A DNA stretch of 64,000 nucleotides from Bigelowiella natans CCMP2755 (taxonomy: Eukaryota > Protista > Cercozoa): assembly GCA_000320545.1 (NCBI GenBank), contig ADNK01002519.1, positions 248,001-312,000 of the forward strand. The letters are read 5' to 3'. Below the pieces are notes generated by a model. It saw only the letters and a program-made list of their open reading frames with translations, had not been told where the DNA came from and ran no database searches. A program made the translations under genes and the position numbers. Of this stretch, positions 23,071-35,262 are shown one piece after another (the first letter of the stretch is position 1; every line of letters begins with the position of its first letter).

Positions 23071-26000
23071 CTAGGTAGAGTAGCTGATATTTTTCTCTCC
23101 TACGTGTGCAGGTCCATGGGCGGTAAAGAGAAGGGCTCCCCTGGTCCGCCGTGGCACGTAGGTACGCCTAACATTATTAGTGTATACATATATCCTATCA
23201 CTAAGTACCTCATGCTTGTGTTTGTATTTATCCAGGTGTTCTTGAAGGTGCTGGAGCTCCTCTGGCTCAGGCAGGAAGTCGCCGTCCTCGAAGGTAATCG
23301 CGTTAACCATAGGGGTGACCTGGGTAGGGACTTTCTTTTCGAACAGCCTGCTGAAATAGTCAGCAAGCTGCTTGTCTCCTGGTGCGTAGACCACTGTCCT
23401 CTTGTCCCTAAACTCTTCCGTGTCCGCCCTCATAGCTGCATACTCATCGTTAGGCGCTTCGAGCTTGCGGTCGATGCCTAGGAGGGGCTTGTGGTCAGTC
23501 ATTAAGGTGAAGCTGGGCACCGACAGCAGGTAGTATCTTAGTTTCCTCTGCGCCTCAGTCATGGCTTTATACTCTCCTTTTGTAGGGCTGTACTTGGCCT
23601 CAGCTGCTGTGCAGGCCCTGCCCCACACCCGTATGATCTGCTGGTCTTGGGTAAGTACAGCAGCCATACCTAGCTTAGACCAGTCTGTCCATAGGGTAGC
23701 TGGTCTAGTAGTGTCTAGCTTAGCATTCAATAGGGTGTTGCTGCATAACTTTATTAGGTTATCGAAGTGGGCATCAAGGCCAGCCTTGGCCCACACCTTA
23801 GCGAAGCTGAGGCCTACAGAGTTCTCCTTCCGGTAAGCAGTAGTAAAAGCAGCTGCAGTCCTAGCGTAGGTAGGGGAGAACCTACGTAGTATCCAAGCTG
23901 CAGTCTGCAAGAATGACTTTAACTCCTTTGCATTCTTAGGTTTAGGGGCTTGCTGTAGTGCTGCTACTTTCTCGGGGTTTGGGGTGATGCGGCCTTGCTC
24001 CAGGTAATATCCACACCACTTGATTCTTGTAGCTAGGAATGTACACTTCTGCAGTCTAATAGTAAAACCGAAGTGTGCAAACCTAATAAATATATTTTCC
24101 AGGAGGAAGATCTGAGCGACGACTGTGTTGGTACATATTATGTCATCATCCACATACACAAACACAAACACCCACAACACAGACGCCATCCCATCATGTG
24201 TGTATGCCCTGTAGTTCTGACTACTGAACGCATCCCCTGATATGCTTAGGCCGTAAGGGAATACGACGAAGTGCCACTTCCTGTGCCTGCTGGAGAACGC
24301 GGTAATGGGGCGGGAGGTTTTGTGGATGGGTGTCTGCATGTATGATTCATTTTTATCTAGGGAAGAGTAGTATTTGTATCCTATGACGTGTTCAATAACG
24401 TCATCTATCCTTGGTGTAGGTGTCTGGATCCTCTTTATTACTCGGTTGTGGCGGATGAAGTTGTGCGCCAGGCGGAAGAAAGGGTAAGTAGGTTTCTTAG
24501 CTAGCACATGTCTCACGTTCCATGGTGAGTTGCTTGGCTCTATCTTCCCTTCCTTTGCCCATTCATTGATCTGCCACTCTATCTTTTCCCAGTCCGCTTC
24601 CGGTCGCCTATGTTCTGGGTCATTGATGATGCACTCTTCGTATCCCTTCTTTAGCTCGATCTTTACTGGGGTAAGCTTGCTGGAGGGCTTCGTCGTCGGC
24701 TTGGTGATGTCAGAGTACTTCTCGTTTAATATTTTATTAATGTACTTTTTGCCTTTGTCGATATCCCAATCATCAGCTGGGGGGGTCTTGTCCAGTAGCT
24801 CCGTTATCTGTCGGATGGTCTTGCCGGGGTTCTTCTTCCGTAGCTCGGTAGGTGTAGGTAGCTTGTTGTCCGCTAGGTCCATAAACTCTAACGCATTAAC
24901 GCTTGACTCAGAGGTCCACTCGTCAAGCCGTATCATGTTCTGGCTGATGGTCCTGCCTGACTTCTTTGGCAACTTAGCAAAGTATATCTTGTGATTGTAG
25001 AATGATATGATCCCCCCTAATTTTTCTAGGGCATCCTGTCCGAGGAGTAGTTCCATGGATAAAGTCATGGCTACTCGGGTCTTGATTTGGGTCTCCGCGT
25101 CGCTGCCAGGTATCTGTAGCTTTAGCATTAGCTCACCGACGGTCTTCATGGAAGAGCTTCCGTCTGCTTGAGCATATTTACGTTCTTTCTTAGTCACTTG
25201 ATCCAATAGTCCTAACCTTCTTACTGTGCTTAGGCTTATGAAGGACTTCGGCATGCTGCCACTATCCCAAAGGGCAGGTAGTTTCTTGTAGTCTCCGTAG
25301 CTGTCTTTAACTTTAACCTTGGTCATAGCAACTTTGATAGTCCTGTTAGCGTCTTCGTCATTAATGTTGCATACTCCTAAGTTCTTTATGTCGTCTAGGG
25401 TCATGGGCTTGTCTTGGTCCTGCGTTGCTGGTACTGCTGTCTTCGTCGGCGCCTGCTTAAGGTGATCTAATATTCCGTTTATCTGCTGCTGTATAGCATT
25501 GATACTGTTCTGCTTTTTGTTCTTATATTTATTGTTCTTCCCGTTGTTGCTGCCTTGCCATTTGCTGTTGTTATATCCTTGTCCTCTGCCTTTCTTTCTC
25601 TTTAACTTCTCGTAGTGTTCGTTGAGCTGCCTGATCGTCATCCTGGGTCGTCCTTCTTTCCTGTCTCTGCAGTCTTTAGCGGTGTGTTTCCCTTTACGTG
25701 AGCAGTATCCGCAACGTCGGTTACCTTCCCTGTCCTTGTACCAGTCTCGCTGCGGCTTAATAGCGTTAATGTTTCCTATGCCAGGTACCTTAGGGCTGGT
25801 AAACTTGCGGTCCTGCTCCTGCTCGCGTAGGGATATAGCCTGCACTGCTGCCTCCATCGTGGTGTAGCCTTTCTCCGTAACGTAAGTGGATTCCTTTATC
25901 TTTAACTTGAACTCTTCAAACCTTGCCTGATCATCACCTGTGTTGTAATTAAAATCATGTAGTTCGTCGATCATATCCTGGAAGCGCGTGGCAAAGTCTC

Positions 26001-26820
26001 TAACAGGTTCTCTCTCATGCTGCATCATTGCTCTGTATTTTCTAATAGCCTGGGGTAGGGAGTTAGCATCCTGTTCATTTACAAAAGCCTTCATTATCGC
26101 CTCAACGTCTCGTAGCCCACTAACTGTAGTGTGTATTTTCTCTAGCTGCCTGATCCGGGTCCTGCCTGTCTCGTAAAGGTCCATGGCTTGCTTTATTATA
26201 GCTAGCCATTTGAGCTTGTCGTTTTCGGTGGGGTTAGGGGTAAAGTCGCAGAGTATACTCCTAGCGTTCTTCCACCACCTCCTTGCCTCACCTCTTTTCC
26301 CGTTGTATTTCGTTATCATAACCGGTGCTGTTTTAACAGACATGAACTGGGTGTTCCGCTGTACCGGCTGCTGCTGCTTGACGGTGCTCTGGGTCGTCCC
26401 CCGCGAGGCGCCCAGACCCCCGTCGTTCCTAAACAAAGCTGCCCACTCTGGAGGTAAGTCTGCTTCGTAATCCATGATGTCCTGCATGATAGCTGCCCAA
26501 ACATCATGTGTCTGATACTTGTATTCTATCGATACTTTCAGTTTGGCGTAGTTGCTCGCCCTGGGTCGCAAGGCTCGTAATGCCATTACGACCTTCTTGC
26601 TTTCGGCGGCCACGTCCTCGTCGTCCGCCTCGTAGAAGTTCTCCAGTGCCTCTGCTGCTGCATCTGCTTTCTTAATCCCGGGTGCTGGTCCCGGCGGTGC
26701 CTGTGGAGGTGTTCCTCCTCCTTCCTTAGCGTCCGTATCGCCCTTCCTTTCCTGTTTCTGCTCGTGCCCTTGCACGGCCTGCGAGCCAAAGTCCTGCTGT
26801 TCTTCTAGCTGCTGTGACAT
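23071..26820 (-). CDS. Gag-Pol polyprotein (Gag Zn-knuckle, aspartic protease, reverse transcriptase, RNase H, truncated integrase Zn-binding start)
   Basis: 1249-aa ORF: CGYCSRKGKHTAKDC (knuckle), ALWDSGS (protease), FPYGL and YVDD (RT), LWTDWS/TDHKPL/LADYFSR (RNase H), AHGPAHVG (HH of HHCC), then stop. Confidence 0.93.
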   Translation of the reverse strand: MSQQLEEQQDFGSQAVQGHEQKQERKGDTDAKEGGGTPPQAPPGPAPGIKKADAAAEALENFYEADDEDVAAESKKVVMALRALRPRASNYAKLKVSIEYKYQTHDVWAAIMQDIMDYEADLPPEWAALFRNDGGLGASRGTTQSTVKQQQPVQRNTQFMSVKTAPVMITKYNGKRGEARRWWKNARSILCDFTPNPTENDKLKWLAIIKQAMDLYETGRTRIRQLEKIHTTVSGLRDVEAIMKAFVNEQDANSLPQAIRKYRAMMQHEREPVRDFATRFQDMIDELHDFNYNTGDDQARFEEFKLKIKESTYVTEKGYTTMEAAVQAISLREQEQDRKFTSPKVPGIGNINAIKPQRDWYKDREGNRRCGYCSRKGKHTAKDCRDRKEGRPRMTIRQLNEHYEKLKRKKGRGQGYNNSKWQGSNNGKNNKYKNKKQNSINAIQQQINGILDHLKQAPTKTAVPATQDQDKPMTLDDIKNLGVCNINDEDANRTIKVAMTKVKVKDSYGDYKKLPALWDSGSMPKSFISLSTVRRLGLLDQVTKKERKYAQADGSSSMKTVGELMLKLQIPGSDAETQIKTRVAMTLSMELLLGQDALEKLGGIISFYNHKIYFAKLPKKSGRTISQNMIRLDEWTSESSVNALEFMDLADNKLPTPTELRKKNPGKTIRQITELLDKTPPADDWDIDKGKKYINKILNEKYSDITKPTTKPSSKLTPVKIELKKGYEECIINDPEHRRPEADWEKIEWQINEWAKEGKIEPSNSPWNVRHVLAKKPTYPFFRLAHNFIRHNRVIKRIQTPTPRIDDVIEHVIGYKYYSSLDKNESYMQTPIHKTSRPITAFSSRHRKWHFVVFPYGLSISGDAFSSQNYRAYTHDGMASVLWVFVFVYVDDDIICTNTVVAQIFLLENIFIRFAHFGFTIRLQKCTFLATRIKWCGYYLEQGRITPNPEKVAALQQAPKPKNAKELKSFLQTAAWILRRFSPTYARTAAAFTTAYRKENSVGLSFAKVWAKAGLDAHFDNLIKLCSNTLLNAKLDTTRPATLWTDWSKLGMAAVLTQDQQIIRVWGRACTAAEAKYSPTKGEYKAMTEAQRKLRYYLLSVPSFTLMTDHKPLLGIDRKLEAPNDEYAAMRADTEEFRDKRTVVYAPGDKQLADYFSRLFEKKVPTQVTPMVNAITFEDGDFLPEPEELQHLQEHLDKYKHKHEVLSDRIYVYTNNVRRTYVPRRTRGALLFTAHGPAHVGEKNISYST

Positions 26821-26836
26821 TGTTAGTCAAATCGTT

Positions 26837-26854
26837 TCCCGTGTGTGGAAGCCA
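26837..26854 (-). promoter_or_regulatory. Putative primer-binding site
   Basis: TGGCTTCCACACACGGGA, 8 nt downstream of the 5' LTR. Its complement resembles a tRNA 3' end (…TCGTTTCCCGTGTGTGGAAGCCA). Confidence 0.6.
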
Positions 26855-26862
26855 AAAAAGGT

Positions 26863-27188
26863 TGTTGCGCGTAAGGTGTTCACAGGCCGAGGCGCTACGT
26901 GCACAAGTAGGCAGGGGGGGGGAAAGGCACGTTTGCTTCCTTTTGAAGAGTTGTGTTTATTTTTATTAAAGATTATATTTTTATTAAATCGTGCACTGCG
27001 TAATCATTCGCGAAGCTTTCGCGAATGCCGCCGCACGTGGGGCAGCACACTTCCGGTGTGCTGCCATGAGTCCCGCCGGAACCCACGTGCCTATGCTGTA
27101 TTAATATCTACGTTATCTATATTCTATATCCGCGACAACCCCTTTGTTGTCGCACGTGACTTGTGCCCGCGTAGTGGTACGCGCTACA
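26863..27188 (-). repeat. 5' LTR
   Basis: Identical copy of 22523-22848 (offset 4340 bp). Confidence 0.95.
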
Positions 27189-27903
27189 AAGCTAGCAAGC
27201 ATGCAAGGGTTCATGGCCAATGCAGGATGAATGTTCACACGTTTGTGCATGTTTGTTCAAGTACACGCTCAGCCACCATTGCGCGCCACTCGGTATGCAC
27301 TCGCAGAGCCTCGAACGCGCAGCATAGATGCGTGGATGTCGACATGACGTGACAATGACAAAGCTAGAAAGACTAAAGGTGCCCAAAAATGAAAGCCTAC
27401 ACGTACGCACGCATCACATGTGCAGTCATGTTGCACATGAGCATGGTCATGCTGTTGCACGTCTAGACGTTGCGATGCACATGTCGACCGCATGCGTGCA
27501 AAAATGCATGTGTACATGCGTACTAATCCTAGAATCTACTAGTCTAGCTATGGGGACCATGTTTCATGCATCATTGAATTAGACAAATTCTACTCGTGTA
27601 ATATTAATCATTTTTGCAAGGCGGAAGACCGCGAAAACACTGTGCACAGATGTGGAGCGCACACATAGGCTATTTTGGAATTCAGCAAGTCTGGGTGACA
27701 CTCGATATTCGGGACTATTAATTTCTCCGCTGCTCTTAAGCGGCTCTAAGGGTATTTTTTTGGTGACTAACAGAGTTTAATTCGAAGGGTTCCAGCTACT
27801 AGAAATCGGAAACGCTTCTTGAATCTTTTCGGAGTGCGATTTAACCAAATTAGTTATACGGCGTGAAAGTAACATACGACGACGACGACGACGATGAGGA
27901 GCT

Positions 27904-29787
27904 TCATTCACCGAGGAAAACCTTCACTACAGAATCTGCGCCACCGCTCGCCAAGAGTGGTGACTGTCGATGATGTGCCACGCAATGTATGGCCTCATCA
28001 TATTTTTTACGGTGCTGGTTAGGATCCATATCAATGGTGATTCCCAAATTCCTTAGATCCCACACACGAATCGACTGGTCATGACTTGCAGACGCCATTG
28101 CGACGCCATTCGTATCGATAGAGACGGACGTCACAGCATCAGTGTGAGCGTTTTGTTTCATATCTACGCACTTTCCAGCTGCTGAGTCGAAAAGCTGATA
28201 ACTGCCATCCACATTCGCTGTGACGGCTAACTCTAAGAATGGGTGCGAAACAATCTGCATTGCATGAGCTTTCGACCTACTTTCTAATACTGAGACGGCC
28301 TGGATGAGAACACAATGATGAAATCGGATTACGTTTTTATTATCAAAGAAAGACGATAGGGAATGTCATTCTACCTTTGCGGTTTCGATGTCATACACGA
28401 TGACTTCTCCGGAGACATGCGAAACATAAAGCTGTGAACCAGTCGGGCTCATTGTGACTGAATTCAAACATCATAAGAGTAAGCATACTGATTGATGTAA
28501 CTTATCCCTCAACGGAATTACCTGATGTAGGTATCGATGATGCAGCTGCATACACACTCTTGTATTTTTTTTGAGCGTCAAAGTTTGCCTGTAATTCATA
28601 AACCATATCAAATTATGAACTATTAACATCCTGAAAGTGTTTCTTGTCCCAACCTCCCATGCTGTGACAGATCCATCTGCGCAAGCTGCGAAGACAAGCT
28701 TGCCTCCAGTACAAACACTCCAAACAGCTTCATCATGTTCAAAGCAGTTTAATGTAAAAGGGCTCATTGTCCCATATGGCGTATACCTAAAATACGTTCA
28801 TACTTTTAGTGATAGCTGTATGTGTACGAGGTGTAGAAATTCCTCACTGTGTCTGCTTTTTTGTTGGATATCCATACAAGAAAACTTTTCCATCGACACC
28901 GGCAGATACGACGAGTTTTTCCGTAGCTGCTGTTGATGTCACCATGCCTTGATGGCCTCGGAATGTATAAACCGGTTCCTGTTTTTTCGACGCTTTTTTC
29001 TTCTTAATCAATTTTTCCATATCCCACAACTTTGCGGTCCCATCTTCTGCACCCGATACCAGGAGTGGGAGCTTTGGGTGGAAGGATACCGATCGTACTC
29101 CATCTAAATGACTTCTCAAATGGCTCATCCCTTTCCATTTGTGCTGTGATTTCGTCTCTAATTCGCGGAGTTTTGTGTAACCACTCGTGATCACAGCTCC
29201 ACCTTGATCTTTTATTGATTCCTTATTATTCGCCGGATCTTGAACTTCATTCTCGATTTTGATGTCCAGGTTCGTGCCGTTATCATCTTCATCAACTTCC
29301 TGAATAACTGTGTCATCTGCAGCAATCGGTATCCCTGTTTTCTTCACAGAAGGTTCAAGAATGATCTTGTCTTTAGAACTAGACATCAAGTCCGCCATAA
29401 TTTCACGCACACTTTCAGCAGTCATCCGTGCTTTAGGCAAGTATGTAGGCAATGTCCTCCATTTGGCTTTCCGGAAGGTCTTCAGATCAATCGATCTGCC
29501 ATTCCGTCTGAGATTTTCCTGACCACTCAAGACATTGCTGCTCTTTTTCGTGAGTGAATTCTCTAGAAATTTAATTTTCTGTACAAGTTCTTTCTCTACT
29601 TTCTTATGCATCTCTATCGAATCCTGGAGAGCCTTCACTTTGCTCTCAAGTTGCGCTTTCTCCAAAGACCAGTTAACCCGCTCGTCATCAACCTTCTTCC
29701 ATGCGACAAGTATGGTATCGATCGCATCTTTCACATTTCCCGGCGGGGCGCCAAACATGTAGCCCACACCACCGTTTTCGGCCATTG
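27904..29787 (-). CDS. STRN: Striatin-family WD40 protein (STRIPAK scaffold)
   Basis: N-terminal coiled coil AWKKVDDERVNWSLEKAQLESKVKALQ; WD40 repeats LRSHLDGVRSVSFHP, EPVYTFRGH, AHTDAVTSV, HRKKYDEAIHCV...LASGGADSVVKVF. Confidence 0.88.
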
Positions 29788-30107
29788 TAGGGGGGGGGGA
29801 AGAGGGAGATCTTAGTCGGTTTGGTGATCTTTGAGAATCAAAGTGCGACTTTCGATGGTGGAGAAGGGTATTTCATTCTTGTATAGCGACAATTATACCT
29901 ATTTTGTCGTAATTTATGTTTCTTCTACATCACAGGCTTTTGATTAAATTTCACACGTGATACTGCGCTGGAAGATCTCATTTTTGTGTTTTGTACCTAT
30001 TTTTCGTACTCTCAAACGTCTTGATAAAATAGTTGTCGTTCTTCAATTTTAGATTGCTATTATTCATCTTGCGCACGAAGCCCTACGATTTCTGCTGCAC
30101 CGCCGCC

Positions 30108-31608
30108 ATGAATGTAATAACCTGTCTTTCAAACAAGCTTCTGGCTGACTTTCACGCAAAACAGAAAATAAGATATTATTTTTCTCTTTTAAAGCATCAT
30201 AAATGAAGACCTTTGTTAATTTTATCAGAAATGGTATATATAATGTTGTCGTTCCTCTGTATTACAACTGATATTTCAAAACAAATAAAATGACATAGCT
30301 GAACGATTCGGCGACCATAGTCCTTCCATTTCTCCAATAAGTTGTATTTACCAAGCTTTTTTATTCCAGAAATATGGGGGATTATTTCACAAAGATGAAT
30401 TGGAGTTAAGCCCAAAAAAATACAGCTGAGTTTTGAATTTATAGAGAACATATGTTTAATCCTGATAACGACACACAAATTTTATTGTCGCAAATATTCC
30501 CTCACAACCATATCCAAGTCGTCATCGCGGAGTGAGAAGCCAGAGCCCACGATGCAGGATTTTGGGGAGGTACGCAGTGAAGTAATGTGATTGTGAGTTG
30601 CAGAGTCACGACTTGTTCGAAGTAGGGTGTTTGATAGGGGAGGGATGTGTTTTCCCCTGAAAATAGGGAAGTTGAGTTGTCTTCTCCCATTAGATTTATT
30701 ATTTTAGCCTGATATTAAAAGGTACATGAAAAGAGAGATGTCAAACATCACGAACTACCTCAATGAAGTTATCTTGTACTTCTTAAATTATTTCTTATCC
30801 TTTACATCTAGCTCGTACTTGTCATGGGCGATCTTTGCATCCCAAATAGAAAGGGAAAGCTGCCAGAGGAATTCAAAGCGCTACTGGTATGATGATCGCA
30901 GACATCCAGATTTCACCTTATCATCATCTTTATCATCGCCACCACCGCCGCCATCACCATTATCGCTATATGTTTATGTTTATATTCTTACCAACACCAT
31001 TCAATAAATTCAATAAATAGGTTCCCGGAAAAATCAAACACGTGCTCTGTACGGGGAATGTGTGCTCGAAGTCAATGGAGCAGTACCTTCGCAATCTCGT
31101 CGTGGGAAACGCAAAAAATGTTCATATTGTAAGAGGGGACATGGACGATAACAAAACTTATCCAGAAGAAACAGTGGTCACTATTGGGGGTTTCAAAATT
31201 GGTCTCTGCCATGGCCACCAACTCGTTCCTACTGCTCATGTAGAGAGTCTCCTGAACTTACAAAGGAGATTGGATGTGGACATTTTGATTACTGGGCACA
31301 CTCATCAAACGGAGGTTTACGCAAACGATCAAAAGTACCTCATCAACCCTGGCTCCGGAACTGGAGCTTCGACATACAACGGGTATTGCATTATTATATA
31401 ACGATTTATCATTGCTCTTAAATATAAACAATATCTGACTTCGACAATGCGTCTTTTCAGAAAAGCGAGCATTCCAAGTTTTATCCTTATGGCAATCAAG
31501 GGCAATAACGTAGTAACCTTCGTCTACGAACTTAAATTTGACCCTGAGACTAATGAGGCAAAGGTTAAAGTGTCGAAAAGTGAATTTTCGAAAGAACCTG
31601 ACGAGTAA
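30108..31608 (+). CDS. VPS29: Retromer subunit VPS29
   Basis: MN | [11 protein letters not shown]...FKALL | [13 protein letters not shown]...VRGDMD...IGLCHGHQ...[11 protein letters not shown]...INPGSGTGA | PSFILMAI. Stop at 31606-31608. The 6-nt first coding exon is inferred. Confidence 0.92.
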
Positions 31609-32156
31609 TTGGAAAGTTATGTAAATCATAATACTACGATATTTAGGGTTGAATACACGGTAATAGTAAGCGAGAAAATTAGTTTTCCTTTGAGTGATGA
31701 ATTTGCAATGTGTGCGTGCTGGCTTGCGGCGGGTTCGGCACGTAGCTAGCGAAGCAAGTGGTGACCATTGTACGTGGCAGCTTCCTTGCGTGCCTCTAGA
31801 CCTATCTATGCAAGCTATGCGCTATGCAATTCAATGCATAAACTGTGCTGCATACTATAGCATAGCTAGCAAGACGCAAATTTCGTGTCGGAAACATCAC
31901 CAAAAAGATGTATATATATCATCCGATCCGCGCTGCATATAGCCAGTCATCATGTTCGGCACATCTCTAGCATAGATTTATATTATTTAGACATTGTCTA
32001 AATCTTGCGTAGGCAATGCAAGGCGTGTAGAAGCTACATCTACTTCGCTACATTTACATGTAGAATCGCTGCGCTACACGCAGCTTATTTTAGTAACAGT
32101 CAGCCAAGTATCGTACATCGAATTTCCTCCGTACGTGGCTACCGGCATGATATTAT

Positions 32157-32891
32157 TTACAGATACATATTTTCACCTGCACCCTCAGCAGACTTCGCGT
32201 CGTCTTCAGTTTCCATTGAGACTGAAGCAGCAGCGTTCAGCGCGTCGTCAAAAGCAGCTAAAACCTTCGTTGCCAACGTCACGACTCCAGGATCCTGATG
32301 GAAGCAATGTGTATAAAGCAAAAGGATGATTAGCACTTGCACGACGAACTACTAATTCAGTTCTTCTTACCTTATCTTTGAGCAATGTAGAGATCATTTT
32401 AATAAGCTTCTCCCAGCTGCCGGGGGACACGAGCAACCGCGAAACGTAACATGGAGGTTGGAGAGGGGTGAGGGATCAACAAATAAGGCATCGTCTCAGA
32501 GCACAAAATATCAGCAGATAACATCTGTGCGTGTACGTGCGTTTATTCGTTTTGTTAGTTTCTCTATCTATCGTTCTCTTTCATAACCAGACCTTTTTCC
32601 CGGCATGATCACACCGAGCGGCTTTCCTCGCTCTCCCATCTTCATCGCCGCCTTCAATCCTGCTAGGCGTACAGCAGCGTACTTCTGATCTTCTAGGGCT
32701 GAGCAAACGGCATCCACGGCCTTTGCTGCATCATCGCTGCTCAGTGCTGGGGCTCTGGTGCTTTGGCTGAGGTAAATGGACTCAAAAACGTAGACTAGTG
32801 CCTCGAGAGAAGCGACTCGGACATTCCATGTTGTACCAGTCTATTGGGGGGGGGGGACAAGGGGGGCCACAGAATCAGTGTTGCTTTGTGA

Positions 32892-32922
<31 letters not shown>

Positions 32923-32933
32923 TATGTGTGTAT

Positions 32934-33001
<68 letters not shown>

Positions 33002-35229
33002 AGCTTAGCCACAGTTGGGTCATAATAAGATCTCTGAACGCTACTACTGCTGCTGCAACAATTGTCAGTGCACGTCCTTCCCTTCTTCCTCCTCCTCCTC
33101 CTCCGCCCTGTTATATCTACCTGATGGCGGGCAATTGTGTTTATGACCCACTTGGAGTTGTCCAGCATAGTCCTATAGCTTCCAGGAAGTGAACGAGATC
33201 GTGGCCAGCTTTTGCCAAGGCACTTCAGCTTCGCCGCCCTTAACACGGGGTTAAATTCGTTGCTAGTGCTGCTGCTACCGCTACTACTGCTCTCTGTTTC
33301 TTCTCCAAGTCTCATCGTCTTTTTGGGACTACTATGCTTATTATCATCATTATTACTATTGTTAGAATTATCATCAATGGCATTGCTGCTCCCCGGCTGC
33401 TCTAGCTTCTTATCTGTACCAGCAGAAGATCTAGAGTTGTTGCTGCTGCTCCCATCGTCTGTTGTTTCCCCGTTGTTGGGCTGCAACGAGCCTATAGCGA
33501 CACGGGCAGATGCGAACATGTCCTTGCTCGGAAGTGCATCAGCGAGTGTACCAGCGCAGGCAAGGGCTGAGAGTCGGAACTTACGACCCCCCCTCCCTGG
33601 CTCAGCCACGTAGTGGTGTATGGCTTCGATGATGGAAGTCTGTGTTGCCCCCTCCAGCATCTCGGAGCAGTGCGTGAATAGAGAACCCGCGAGAGCGAAC
33701 AACACAGATTTGTTGCTCCAGAAACGAGGATTTTGGAGAGCTGTAAGCGTGAGGGAGATGATCCTTGGAACATGCTGTTTGAGGCGAGGATTCTTGGACT
33801 TCGCAGCAAGGGTGAGGGCATGCTCCAGTGCTGTGATCGACATCTTCTTGAGGAAGTACGAGGGAGATTGAAACATGGAGATGCACAACCCGATAACTTC
33901 CTCTAGATATAATCCTAACCCGTTCTCCATGCCCGGTGTGCAATCATTCCAGCATTCTTCCCATGCCGCCTTTGTTTCCTTGTCCGGATCGTGAAGTGCT
34001 ATGAAAGCGACTGGCAGCAGCTCCTTATCGTACCTTTTCGTCGCCTCCAGTGCCTTTGAAGCCATGTACTTGCACGTCTCTCCAGCTGCTAGCCTCTTTC
34101 TCTGTGTGCTCTCTGTGAAGTTATCTGGAAAGGAGAATACAAAGTCTTCGTCGTCAACGCCACCAATAGCGCCATCGCTCTTCTTCTTCCTTTTCAGCTC
34201 GGCGTTGGTATACAGCTTGACGACGTTCTTGACCACTCTTTCAACCTCCTTTGGCTTCGAAACAGCACAAAGCTGGCCGATTGTACGCGCGTACTCTTTC
34301 CTCACGGTAGCGCTGGGGTCTGACAGCCCTCTTGTGAATGCTCGCAGCATCTCCCCAGATGCTCGTTCGAGTGCATTCTTGCTCTCAGGCCCTGCGGCAC
34401 CCATTCTTGCTTGCATGACCAGTCTTGAAGCAAACCTTGCACAGCCTGTCAATGTTGGTAGTCCAAGGCCTTGTCGCACCAGACCAGCAATCCCCGATGC
34501 AACCTACCAAGGCGCAGTTCCGATGTCAATCATTGTGTGTGTATGTGTGTACACAAGCAATGAGATCCCCTCCCTCCCTCCTTCCCTCTCTCTCCCATCG
34601 TACTTCAAGATAGTTCAGAGCAGTTCATCATCTTCTTCTTTTTTTTCCTCCTCCTCCTCCTAATCCTCCTCCTCTTTTTCTAGTACTACCTGCGGCACGG
34701 AAGAAGTGTCACCGACTGCAGCATCCAAGCACACATCCAGGGCCTCTTGCAAAGGCGACTGGGAGACTTGCTGCAAACGCAGTCTTTCTAGCTGTTCCTC
34801 CGTCAGGTCAATTGAAGCAGCATGAAATTGCATATACGATAAGGCTTGTGGCTCTAAGGTTGACATGGCGGAGAGCAGCCCTGTCACCAGTAGCTGCAGG
34901 TGCGGAGAGATCAAACGAGACGCTGCTTTGACAATTCGCAGTAAGGCGCCTACGGAAACACCCTGAACCTCCTGTACTTTGTGCGTCATGCCCTCCTCGC
35001 CAGCAAGGAGGGGGATCAGCACGTTGAGAGCGGCCTTTGCATGGGACGTACGGGTTCTTGTGGGGTTGGATAGGCGCTCAGAAAGGCTCGTGAGAGATCG
35101 TATCAGGAAGAAACCTGCAAGATGATGATGATAATAATAATAATAATGATGATGATGATGATGAAACAGAACAAGAAGGAGAAGAAGGAAAATGAATAGA
35201 GGGATAACTGTTACCTAGACTGCTACTGC

Positions 35230-35262
<33 letters not shown>

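Larger units (their letters stand above)
22523..27188 (-). mobile_element. Ty3/gypsy LTR retrotransposon (4666 bp) lacking the integrase catalytic core
   Basis: Two identical 326-bp LTRs (TG...CA), flanking direct repeat AAGC, PBS-like sequence, polypurine tract, and one gag-pol ORF in PR-RT-RH-(IN) order. Confidence 0.95.

Noticed and set aside
22536-23481. Plus-strand ORFs over the LTR and pol end (119 and 225 aa), and 26843-27352
   Set aside because: Antisense shadows with non-ATG starts and no motifs.
26831-26854. tRNA gene
   Set aside because: Only a 3'-end-like fragment (the PBS); no cloverleaf.
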